64,000 nt of DNA from NCBI GenBank assembly GCA_002435825.1, contig DIVL01000028.1, forward strand, positions 4,985 to 68,984, given 5' to 3'. A program made the translations under genes and the position numbers. Shown in pieces: positions 55,995 to 63,532 of this stretch. The stretch's first letter is position 1. Every line of letters starts with the position of its first letter. This DNA is from Anaerolineaceae bacterium UBA6133. Its GTDB lineage: Bacteria; Chloroflexota; Anaerolineae; Anaerolineales; Anaerolineaceae. The notes beneath the pieces were generated by a model. That model saw only the letters and a list, made by a program, of their open reading frames with translations, made no database searches and was not told the DNA's origin.

Positions 55995-56927
55995 TTAATC
56001 CACAAATTCCTCATAATCTTCAAGGACAGTGTGAGAAAGATTGCCTAAATGCTTCTCTTTGGATAATTCCCGGACACTGTCATAAGAAAGATATGTGCAG
56101 TACTGGGACAGCGCTCCTTTTTCGAGAAGAGAGAAAACTGGTCTTTGGATTTCAGAAAATACTTTTTCCTTGCGTTCTTCTGGTGCGACAATGTGGAGTT
56201 TAATATCCATGTTAGGTTGTAGAGCCAACAGGTCTGCCATTCGGAGAATTCCCGAATAGATAGAAGTGGTGTGCTCAATTTCAAAAGCCCTGACAATGGA
56301 CCTTCTTCTAAGCCATAAGACATCTATTTGTTCGATGGTTTTTATTGTCACTACATCGTAATTCAAGGGCAGGGTGTTGAGCAGGACATCTCCCTCTGGT
56401 TTCCATTCTTGCAGGACCAGATTACGGTCATTCCTGGGTAACCAAATCTTGAACCCCATTTTTTCCCCGATTAATGCGAGAAGGGTTTGAATTTTTACAG
56501 ATTCCCTGACCTCTTTCTCTTCGATCACCTCACCTGAATGGTTATCATTATCTTCTGGTATTGACACAGGAACATCTATCTGGTGAATTGTAGTGGTGCG
56601 GGTAAGATGTTTTTCATAAAGCTCATTATCAAGATGATATTCTTCAGGATTTTGAGATTGATTTTTTAACAACTTAAATAAGTAATCTCCGTCGCTATTA
56701 TCAATCAGTTTTAGACTACTACGAAGTGGACCGGTCCATTGTGAACCTTCTTTGGGCAGGTTAGCAGTAAAAGACAGGTTGTTCCAGACTAAATCTTCTC
56801 TTATCGGAATCCCGAATTCTGGATCTAAGACAACAAGGGGTTTTACTTTGAACCTAACAACAAAAGGATCCTCATTAGAGACAAAGCGTGGGGTTGAGTC
56901 TTCAAACATTTCACTAGTGATTTGCAA
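55995..56927 (-). CDS. Two-domain protein: N-terminal beta-rich domain of unknown type plus C-terminal restriction-endonuclease-like domain
   Basis: 310 aa. After an acidic linker, the C-terminal half reads IQTLLALIGEKMGFKIWLPRNDRN...IEQIDVLWL...RAFEIEHTTSIYSGILRMADLL...LHIVAPEERK, a D...ExE(H) beta-strand pattern compatible with a PD-(D/E)xK core. The start is TTG 56927 or ATG 56909. Confidence 0.5.
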   Translation of the reverse strand: MQITSEMFEDSTPRFVSNEDPFVVRFKVKPLVVLDPEFGIPIREDLVWNNLSFTANLPKEGSQWTGPLRSSLKLIDNSDGDYLFKLLKNQSQNPEEYHLDNELYEKHLTRTTTIHQIDVPVSIPEDNDNHSGEVIEEKEVRESVKIQTLLALIGEKMGFKIWLPRNDRNLVLQEWKPEGDVLLNTLPLNYDVVTIKTIEQIDVLWLRRRSIVRAFEIEHTTSIYSGILRMADLLALQPNMDIKLHIVAPEERKEKVFSEIQRPVFSLLEKGALSQYCTYLSYDSVRELSKEKHLGNLSHTVLEDYEEFVD

Positions 56928-57230
56928 TGCACCAACCTACCTGGATACTTTTGTTAGATAACAGATCAAAATGTCGCCGGGCTTGAGTTTGCTGGCAGCG
57001 TTTTTCTGTTTGGGTCTAAAACCCGTGATGTCTCTTGAGGAATTTAAGAAAGCCTTATAGGTCAGAGGAGAGAATAAATCTAAGTAGTAAGCCATAAAAC
57101 CCCTTTCAACGAAAACGGGCGGGTAGGAAACTAGCTGCAGGCTAGATTGGCATAAATTTGCTCAATGGAATTATAGCATCAAGGATATGAGGTTATAGCT
57201 TTGATTAGCATGTAGATACCGTCTTGAAAG

Positions 57231-58211
57231 TCAAGCTGAATAATTGAATTGGCGGTCATAATCAGGATCAAAAGGCATCTGAGACTTCAAAACGCCATAA
57301 ACAATGTGCAGCAACTTTCGCATGCAAGCCGCGATAATCGCCATGGTGGGCAGCTGTTTCTTTTCCAAGCGTTCCTTCAAAGCCCGGACCACGGGATTGT
57401 GTATCATCGCCACGATGGCTGGCATATACAGACAGGCACGCAATTCGCTGCGGCCTTGTTTGGAGATACGAGTTTTCTTGTGCACGGATGAGCCTGAACT
57501 AAAGCCCTTCGGATTGAGACCGGCATAAGCAGCTAATTGTGGCGCATTTTCAAAGCGGCTGATCTCCCCAATTTCACCCAATAATCTGGCAGAGGTTTTA
57601 TTGCCAACTCCAGGAATGGAAACCAAAAGCTCCTGCTTTGCCTTCAGGTCAGGTGTCTGGTTGGTGAAGTTCTGGATCTCTGCTTCAGTGGCTTGGATGC
57701 GTGCTTTCAAGTACTCTACGTGGACGGATAGATCCTGGATAACCCAGGCATCCTTCTCCCCACTCGACAAGCGGTTTTCTTCCTGTCGGTAATTAGCCTG
57801 TAAATCAATCAAACGCCTCACGAGTGCCCTTAGATGCTTCAAATCGGGGCTGAGAGGCTCCCACAGAGCAGGTTTCTCCTTCAAACAAAACTCGGCAATC
57901 AGGTCAGCATCCGCCTTATCGGTCTTATTGCGGTGTAGCTTGCTTTCCCCATAGCGTTTGATGCGAGTCGGATTGACCACACTGACGTCATGGCCTTGTG
58001 CGTAAAGATACTCACTGACCTCGTCCCCATATTGTCCGGTGGCTTCCAGGCAAACGTGTACCCGGTCGATACGTCGGCAGATCAACCATTTATCCAGCGT
58101 TTTGAAACCAGCTGGATCGTTGCTAATAACCTTATGGAACTTTCCCTCTTCATGGAGTAGTACCAAATCAAGTTTATCCTTGGAGACGTCGATACCTAAA
58201 ATATTTGACAT
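57231..58211 (-). CDS. IS110-family transposase (DEDD RuvC-like N-domain plus C-terminal Ser domain)
   Basis: ILGIDVSKDKLD, VCLEATGQYG, KTDKADADLIA, LVSIPGVGNKTSARLLGEIG and RISKQGRSELR. Confidence 0.92.
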   Translation of the reverse strand: MSNILGIDVSKDKLDLVLLHEEGKFHKVISNDPAGFKTLDKWLICRRIDRVHVCLEATGQYGDEVSEYLYAQGHDVSVVNPTRIKRYGESKLHRNKTDKADADLIAEFCLKEKPALWEPLSPDLKHLRALVRRLIDLQANYRQEENRLSSGEKDAWVIQDLSVHVEYLKARIQATEAEIQNFTNQTPDLKAKQELLVSIPGVGNKTSARLLGEIGEISRFENAPQLAAYAGLNPKGFSSGSSVHKKTRISKQGRSELRACLYMPAIVAMIHNPVVRALKERLEKKQLPTMAIIAACMRKLLHIVYGVLKSQMPFDPDYDRQFNYSA

Positions 58212-58425
58212 TCTGTACCTCTTTTCTGTAAACTATGTTTAGCATCGGTCAGGCGCATTCATTGGATCATCCTTGTGAATGCAGGCTCATCTCGTCCATT
58301 TCATATCTTAGAGAGGCTTTAGATACCGTCCGATCTTTGTGAAAAAAAGGTGAGGGGATCATATCTACGTAACTGGATCTTGTCCATAGGGCGAGACCGG
58401 ATTCACCCTCACCTTCCTGATCGAT
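58212..58425 (-). ncRNA. Candidate IS110 bridge (guide) RNA region in the transposase 5' non-coding end
   Basis: It occupies the position expected for IS110-subgroup bridge RNAs. There is a long-range 9-bp stem aggtgaggg/ccctcacct (58348-58414) enclosing about 49 nt. An 11-nt segment (58320-58330) is identical to the sequence just past the transposase stop (57213-57223). Transcription has not been demonstrated. Confidence 0.45.
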
Positions 58426-58426
58426 G

Positions 58427-59035
58427 TTATTCAATTATCACGCCTTTCTGAGTTTTAATATACAAGGGCGGAATGGCGCGTTCCTGCCCCGCGATTCTGT
58501 TCGCGGGGTTCGCCACTCCGCCAACGATGTGGATGTCGGAGCGAGCCTGCGCAAGGCTTGTATGGAAATAACGCTTTGAGGCAGTCTCGTTCCGACCTAC
58601 ACAAAACCCCGTTCTGACCCGGGCAGGCACGGCCTTTACTTACCTAAGATCGTCGTAGGGAACTGGCCTGCCTGTTCCTCGTTGTGATTAGGTCGAGGCA
58701 TCCCGCAAGGGGAGGCTTTACACGCCGTCGACCCTGCCCGGAAAACCTACAAATCAAGTAAAGAAAGCGGTTGAACGGACAGGCGTTCCCATTGTGGGTG
58801 TTTGAGGCAACTATTATCTGCGTATTAAATATGAAGTAGTTTTCTCGGACAGCCCAAAGCCGGATTGAACCCCGCAATCCGGCCTACGAAAATAAAAAAG
58901 CAGGCGAGCGCACACACGTTCCCTCGCCTGAAAACGTAATCCATAATGGCCTATTATGTTTCTATGGTAGGGGTAACCCCCGTGGTTAACCGCGGTCTTG
59001 ACCGAGCAGGCAACGAGGCCTGCCCCTACAAATAA
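58427..59035. repeat. Composite cluster of gtagg-type palindromic repeats abutting the IS110 left end
   Basis: Shares the conserved hairpin element with 5330-5420. Also contains gccggattgaaccccgcaatccggcctac and gtaggggtaacccccgtggttaaccgcggtcttgaccgagcaggcaacgaggcctgcccctac; the latter recurs at 61858-61945. Confidence 0.75.
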
Positions 59036-59046
59036 AAACTTTTCAG

Positions 59047-60294
59047 CTATCTCTCGATAAGCGGCAAATATATCTTAAAGATAACTTGCTCAAAGTTCGC
59101 AGTAACATTTGTATCTCCCAATATTGTGATAATTAAGGGATTATCGGTGCTATTTGCGTCACCACTCCAATTTGTAAATTCCCAATCCGGGACGGCAGTG
59201 GGTATCAAGGTTACCTGGTCCCCATAATGATAAAAATCCTTTATGGGATCAACCAAAACCGAACCAGAATCAACAGGACCGACAGTTACTGTCAGTGAGT
59301 ATTCGATCTGTGTGAAATTCGCAGTGATACTCGTGTTACCTTCGATGGTCAAAGTCAGCGGGCTCTCTGTTCCTGTCGCATCTCCACCCCAGCCAGAGAA
59401 AGTCCAGCCAGTCTCAGCAATTGCGGTGAGAGTAACCTCATCCCCGTAGTGGTAAACAGTCTGCTCAGGGTCTACTGTTACAGTGCCTGAATTCGTCGGA
59501 TCAACAGTCACAACGAGCGAATATTCATCTGTAAAATTAGCGGTAATGTTGGTGTTGCCCGTAATTGTAACTTCCAGTGGATTTTCGATGCCTGTTGCAT
59601 CTCCACTCCATTCTGTCAACGCCCAGCCGGTATTTGGGCTGGCTGTCAGCATTACAGTATCCCCATAATGATAGGTAGCTTGTTGTGGATCAACCAAAAC
59701 CGAACCAGAATCAACCGGATCAACCGAAACGTTGAGCGTGTACTCATTTTGTATGAAGTTCGCAGTGATACTGGTATCGTCCAGGATACTGATAGTTAGT
59801 GGATTAGTAGTGCCTGTAGCATCCCCGCTCCAGCCTGAAAAGCTCCAGCCAGGATCGGCTAAGGCAGTCAGGCTGACAATTTCTCCAAATTGGTATTCGG
59901 TTTGATTAGGATCTATAGCAACCGAATCGCTGCCCTCTATGTCCACTGTCAGTGTAAAAACTTCTGGGTATGAGTCATATTCATAGGCACCCATATCGCA
60001 GGTCGCTGATGTATTTTCGTCCCCGTCAATCGGGCGATGAAATCCGCGCTGGTCGATGGCAGGGCAAAGGGTTGGGCTGCCAGCGTCGATTGCCGGGCTT
60101 AGATCGCCAAGGGCATGAGTTTGAGTAAAGCCGCCATTTTCCGCCAGGTCTTCTAAGAGCGGGTCAGTATTGAGGTTGCCATCGCCTTCCCACACGGGCT
60201 CGCCCTGAATGATGCTATAAGTTATTGTAGGGAAGGAATAGACAATAAAACTTAATTGGTCAGGCGTGTTTCCCCAAAAGATCGAATTGGTCAC
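59047..60294 (-). CDS. C-terminal part of a surface protein: end of the beta-helix plus four InlB-B-repeat-like modules (probably the 3' half of a frameshifted gene)
   Basis: It begins (GTG) TNSIFWGNTPDQ, which continues the beta-helix repeat of the upstream ORF. Four modules of about 75 aa follow: Y(T/S)L.V.VDP..SG.V.VDP.Q..Y.YGD.V.LTA....GW.F..WSGDATG..NPL...I.G.T.ITANF. Confidence 0.7.
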   Translation of the reverse strand: MTNSIFWGNTPDQLSFIVYSFPTITYSIIQGEPVWEGDGNLNTDPLLEDLAENGGFTQTHALGDLSPAIDAGSPTLCPAIDQRGFHRPIDGDENTSATCDMGAYEYDSYPEVFTLTVDIEGSDSVAIDPNQTEYQFGEIVSLTALADPGWSFSGWSGDATGTTNPLTISILDDTSITANFIQNEYTLNVSVDPVDSGSVLVDPQQATYHYGDTVMLTASPNTGWALTEWSGDATGIENPLEVTITGNTNITANFTDEYSLVVTVDPTNSGTVTVDPEQTVYHYGDEVTLTAIAETGWTFSGWGGDATGTESPLTLTIEGNTSITANFTQIEYSLTVTVGPVDSGSVLVDPIKDFYHYGDQVTLIPTAVPDWEFTNWSGDANSTDNPLIITILGDTNVTANFEQVIFKIYLPLIER

Positions 60295-61550
60295 TGGGGG
60301 CTGCTTCTTTCGCTTTTCATTGCACCACCGCCGGAAGGAGAAGCGGTGTTACCATAAAAGGTGACGTTGGTCATTATGCCGCTGAAGTAATAGTTGCTCA
60401 TCCCACCGCCCGACACTGTGGCAGTATTGCCAGAAAAGGTCACATTGGTCAAAGTGGAGCTGCTTTCACTGTTACTCATCCCACCGCCATTGTAGCCCGT
60501 GTTATGAGAAAAGGTTGTATTGGTAATTGTGGGTGAACTTCTCCAGTTATGCATCCCACCTCCAGCATCATCCGCGCTATTACCGGAAAAGATCACGTTG
60601 GTCAGGTTTGAATTGCAGTTTGAAGAATTAGCAATTCCACCGCCCGACGAAGTGGCAGTATTATCAGAAAAGGTCACGTTATTAAGCGTAGGGCTGCTGT
60701 GGTCGTAGTTGAGCATCCCACCACCACTACCAGTTGCCGAGTTACCGGAAAAGGTGACATTGGTCAGGGCAGGGCTGCAGCTTGTGTAGTTGTACATCCC
60801 GCCACCACCACCAGTTGCTGTATTACTGGAAAAAGTCACATTCGTCAGGATAGGATTGCTGCTATAGAGATTGTACATCCCACCACCACGGTTAGTGACG
60901 ATGTTGTTGGAAAAATCGACATTCGTCAGAGTGGGGCTGCCGTTGTCGTTATATATTCCGCCGCCGTAAGCCGCCAGGTTGCCAGAAATGATAACATTCT
61001 TCAGCGTTGGACTGCTGCTCAGAAGCTTCATCCCGCCGCCTACTTTTTGAACAGCATACCCGCCATTGGCATTGGCGGCAGTGATGGTGAAGCCGTCCAG
61101 GATCGTAGTGTCGCTCAAACCGCTGCCGGTGACCACGTGGAAGCTGTTGTCTGCGTTACTTTCTTCAGTGCCGATATCCCCGCTCAGGGTGGTGAGGTTG
61201 GTTTCCCAGTCGCGCTCGGCGAGGCTGGTTTCCGTTCCAGCAAAACCGCCATAAATGGCCACGCCTGATCCTAATAAGAAAGTAGCGGTGCGATCGGTGC
61301 CAGTGGTGGGTTTGTAGATGCCTGCTGCGACCCACACCTGGTCCCCTGCTTCAGCCAGAGCCAAGGCATCTTGCAGATCACAGGCGGTCTCCCAGCTGGA
61401 GCAGTCTCCCTCCTCCCCCGGCTTGACATAAAGGATTGTGCTTTGCGTTTGAGCAATGGTCGGGCTGGCACTTGCACTGCTCAAGCCCAGGTTGAGAAAA
61501 AGCAAAACTGCAATTATTAGGACGGTTAGCACTGGATTCTTGGTGTTCAT
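60291..61550 (-). CDS. N-terminal part of a surface protein: signal peptide plus right-handed beta-helix with Pmp-like GGG(M/I)xN / SSPxLTNVTFSxN repeats
   Basis: Signal peptide MNTKNPVLTVLIIAVLLFLNLGLSSASA, then about 12 tandem repeats of 20-23 aa. It terminates in the middle of a repeat at a homopolymer. Confidence 0.7.
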   Translation of the reverse strand: MNTKNPVLTVLIIAVLLFLNLGLSSASASPTIAQTQSTILYVKPGEEGDCSSWETACDLQDALALAEAGDQVWVAAGIYKPTTGTDRTATFLLGSGVAIYGGFAGTETSLAERDWETNLTTLSGDIGTEESNADNSFHVVTGSGLSDTTILDGFTITAANANGGYAVQKVGGGMKLLSSSPTLKNVIISGNLAAYGGGIYNDNGSPTLTNVDFSNNIVTNRGGGMYNLYSSNPILTNVTFSSNTATGGGGGMYNYTSCSPALTNVTFSGNSATGSGGGMLNYDHSSPTLNNVTFSDNTATSSGGGIANSSNCNSNLTNVIFSGNSADDAGGGMHNWRSSPTITNTTFSHNTGYNGGGMSNSESSSTLTNVTFSGNTATVSGGGMSNYYFSGIMTNVTFYGNTASPSGGGAMKSERSSPQ

Positions 61551-61799
61551 AGAAGCATCTCCTGTTTTTAGACCCGGTCACGTCATAAAACCAAACTCAC
61601 ATCGAAACATAAATAAAACCATTTGCTTGTTGGTTTTGCCACCCTGCCTGAAAAAGCAACAGTTCATTTTATGTTGTGGTTTATTTTAGTCTATTCCATG
61701 TCATTTAATTGAAATTCCAATCAAAAAGCGTGAAATTGATCATTTGTACCTCCTGGGGGTATTCGACCCTATATTTGTTCTCACTGGTGTCCTGATACC

Positions 61800-61960
61800 C
61801 TCCACTTTGTTGCGGGCACTTGCAGCGCGAGGGGGTTGAGCGCAAGGTCTCCGTCGGTAGGGGTAAGCCCTTGGGCACCACTCCCTTGAGAGCCGTGGTT
61901 ACTCGCGGTTTTTACCGGGCAGGCACGAGGCCTGCCCCTACTCCGAGGTTATTTCCTGAC
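61800..61960. repeat. gtagg-type composite repeat next to tRNA-Gly
   Basis: gtaggggtaagccc...ccgtggttactcgcggtttttaccgggcaggcacgaggcctgcccctac is the same element as 58968-59030, with an insertion of about 27 bp. Confidence 0.7.
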
Positions 61961-61975
61961 GGAATTAACCAAAAA

Positions 61976-62047
61976 AGCGGGCGATCGGATTCGAACCGAC
62001 GAATGTTAGCTTGGAAGGCTAATGCCTTACCACTTGGCGACGCCCGC
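61976..62047 (-). tRNA. tRNA-Gly (anticodon UCC), CCA not encoded
   Basis: Manual cloverleaf on the minus strand: acceptor GCGGGCG/CGCCCGC, anticodon stem UUAGC/GCUAA with loop CUUCCAA, T arm GUCGG-UUCGAAU-CCGAU, discriminator U. Confidence 0.9.
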
Positions 62048-62092
62048 GTAGCCTCTATTTTAGCCGATTCGCCTTGCCTGTCAATATTCGGC

Positions 62093-63532
62093 TTATTTCT
62101 GCCTGAGTAACTCCAGCAAAATCTCGCGCGTGCGCTTCGGATCGGCTTTACCGCCAGTGGCGCGCATCACCTGCCCCACGAACCAACCCAAAAGGCTCTC
62201 CTTACCGGCTCTGAAGCTCTCCACCTCCGCCGTCGAGGCAGCCAGCACTGACTGGATCTGCTCCCTCAGAGCGTCGCTGTCGCCGATCACGGCCAATCCT
62301 TCGGCTTCCACGATCTGTGCTGGCTCGCGACCGCTTTCCTCCACCTTGCGCAGCAGGCTCTTGCCGGTAGCGGCGTTGATCTTGCCATCTTCCACCATGT
62401 GGATGATCTGCGCCAGGAAGGCAGGGGTGAGCACCAACTCAGAAGCATTCTTGCCCAGGTCATTCATCAGGCGCGAGAGGTCGTTCATCATCCAGTTGGA
62501 GACGGTTTTCGCCTCTCCGCCAAAGCTGTCAACCGCGGCTTCAAAATAGTCCGACAGTCCGCGTTCCGAGGTCAGGATCTCGGCATCGTAAGCCGAAAGC
62601 CCATACTCTGTTTGAAAGCGCGCTTTTCTTTCCAGCGGGAGTTCAGGCAGCTCTGCCTTGACGCGCGCGATCTCTTCCTCCGTCAGGACGACCGGCAGCA
62701 AATCCGGCTCGCGGAAGTAGCGGTAGTCCGCCTCGGTCTCCTTGGAGCGCATCTTGCTCAGCTTGCCCGTGTCCGCGTCCCAGTCGAGGGTATAGCTGAC
62801 CACTTTTCCGCCAGACTCCACGAGTTCGATCTGGCGTTTGGTTTCTTCGATGATCGCCTGGCGGACGGCATCGATGGAGTTGATGTTCTTGATTTCGGTT
62901 TTGGTGTTCAAGATCTGGCTGCCGCGTTCGCGGATCGAGACATTGGCGTCGCAGCGCAGGTGACCGCGTTCCATGTCGGCTTCCGAAACGCCAATCCAGC
63001 GCAAAAGCTGGCGCAACTGGATCAGATACTGGGCTGCCTCTTCGCCAGACCGCAGGTCGGGCTCAGTAACCATCTCCACCAGAGGCACACCGCAGCGGTT
63101 GAAGTCCACCAGGCGCATGCCGTGATCGAGCTTGGTTTTACCGGCATCTTCTTCGAGATGCAGCTTGTGAATGCGCACGCGGCGGGTGGCGCCGTCGGGC
63201 ATGTGCAGATCAAGGTAGCCGCCCTTGCCGATGGGCTCATCGAACTGGGTGATCTGGTAGCCCTTGGGCAGATCGGGGTAGAAGTAGTTCTTGCGGTCAA
63301 AGTACGAAACCGGATTGACTTCCGCATGCATCGCGGCTGCCAGCAGCGCGCCTTTGTGAACCGCTTCGCTGTTCAAAACTGGAAGCACGCCTGGCATGCC
63401 GGAGCAGACCGGGCAGATATTTGTGTTTGGCGCGGCTTCCCACGAGTCAGCCTTGCAGGAGCAAAAAATTTTAGTCTGGGTGTTGAGCTGGATGTGGGTT
63501 TCTAGCCCGATGACGACTTCGTAATCTTTCAT
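62093..63532 (-). CDS. gatB: Asp/Glu-tRNA(Asn/Gln) amidotransferase subunit B
   Basis: MKDYEVVIGLETHIQLNTQTKIFCSC, the pattern along the whole length, and a YqeY-like tail. Confidence 0.95.
   Translation of the reverse strand: MKDYEVVIGLETHIQLNTQTKIFCSCKADSWEAAPNTNICPVCSGMPGVLPVLNSEAVHKGALLAAAMHAEVNPVSYFDRKNYFYPDLPKGYQITQFDEPIGKGGYLDLHMPDGATRRVRIHKLHLEEDAGKTKLDHGMRLVDFNRCGVPLVEMVTEPDLRSGEEAAQYLIQLRQLLRWIGVSEADMERGHLRCDANVSIRERGSQILNTKTEIKNINSIDAVRQAIIEETKRQIELVESGGKVVSYTLDWDADTGKLSKMRSKETEADYRYFREPDLLPVVLTEEEIARVKAELPELPLERKARFQTEYGLSAYDAEILTSERGLSDYFEAAVDSFGGEAKTVSNWMMNDLSRLMNDLGKNASELVLTPAFLAQIIHMVEDGKINAATGKSLLRKVEESGREPAQIVEAEGLAVIGDSDALREQIQSVLAASTAEVESFRAGKESLLGWFVGQVMRATGGKADPKRTREILLELLRQK

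Larger units (their letters stand above)
57205..58440 (-). mobile_element. IS110-family insertion sequence (ends approximate)
   Basis: A single DEDD/serine-type transposase ORF with about 215 bp of non-coding DNA upstream and a very short 3' tail, the layout of the IS110 subgroup. There are no obvious terminal inverted repeats, as expected for this family. Boundaries are inferred, not mapped. Confidence 0.75.

Noticed and set aside
57170-57178. An extended -10-like TGcTATAAT on the minus strand, about 245 bp upstream of the four-gene operon, as the operon promoter
   Set aside because: There is no convincing -35 element and it is far from the first start codon. It lies close to the presumed IS110 right end, so its assignment (operon promoter, IS outward promoter or chance) cannot be resolved from sequence. 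It is not reported as a feature.
57240-57249. A 10-bp inverted match, ataattgaat (57240-57249) / attcaattat (58430-58439), as possible IS terminal inverted repeats
   Set aside because: One arm lies inside the transposase coding sequence (its last codons). The match is short and AT-rich. IS110-family elements characteristically lack terminal inverted repeats. It is probably coincidental.
59047-59080. C-terminal ...KIYLPLIER of the surface protein as a sorting signal for the sortase at 60-962
   Set aside because: It has no LPxTG or NPxTN-type motif followed by a hydrophobic segment and a basic tail. The sequence ends right after LPLIER. No sortase substrate can be supported in this window.
61820-62110. 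96-aa plus-strand ORF spanning the tRNA-Gly region
   Set aside because: It overlaps a well-formed tRNA gene on the other strand and the gtagg-type repeats. It is an artefact.
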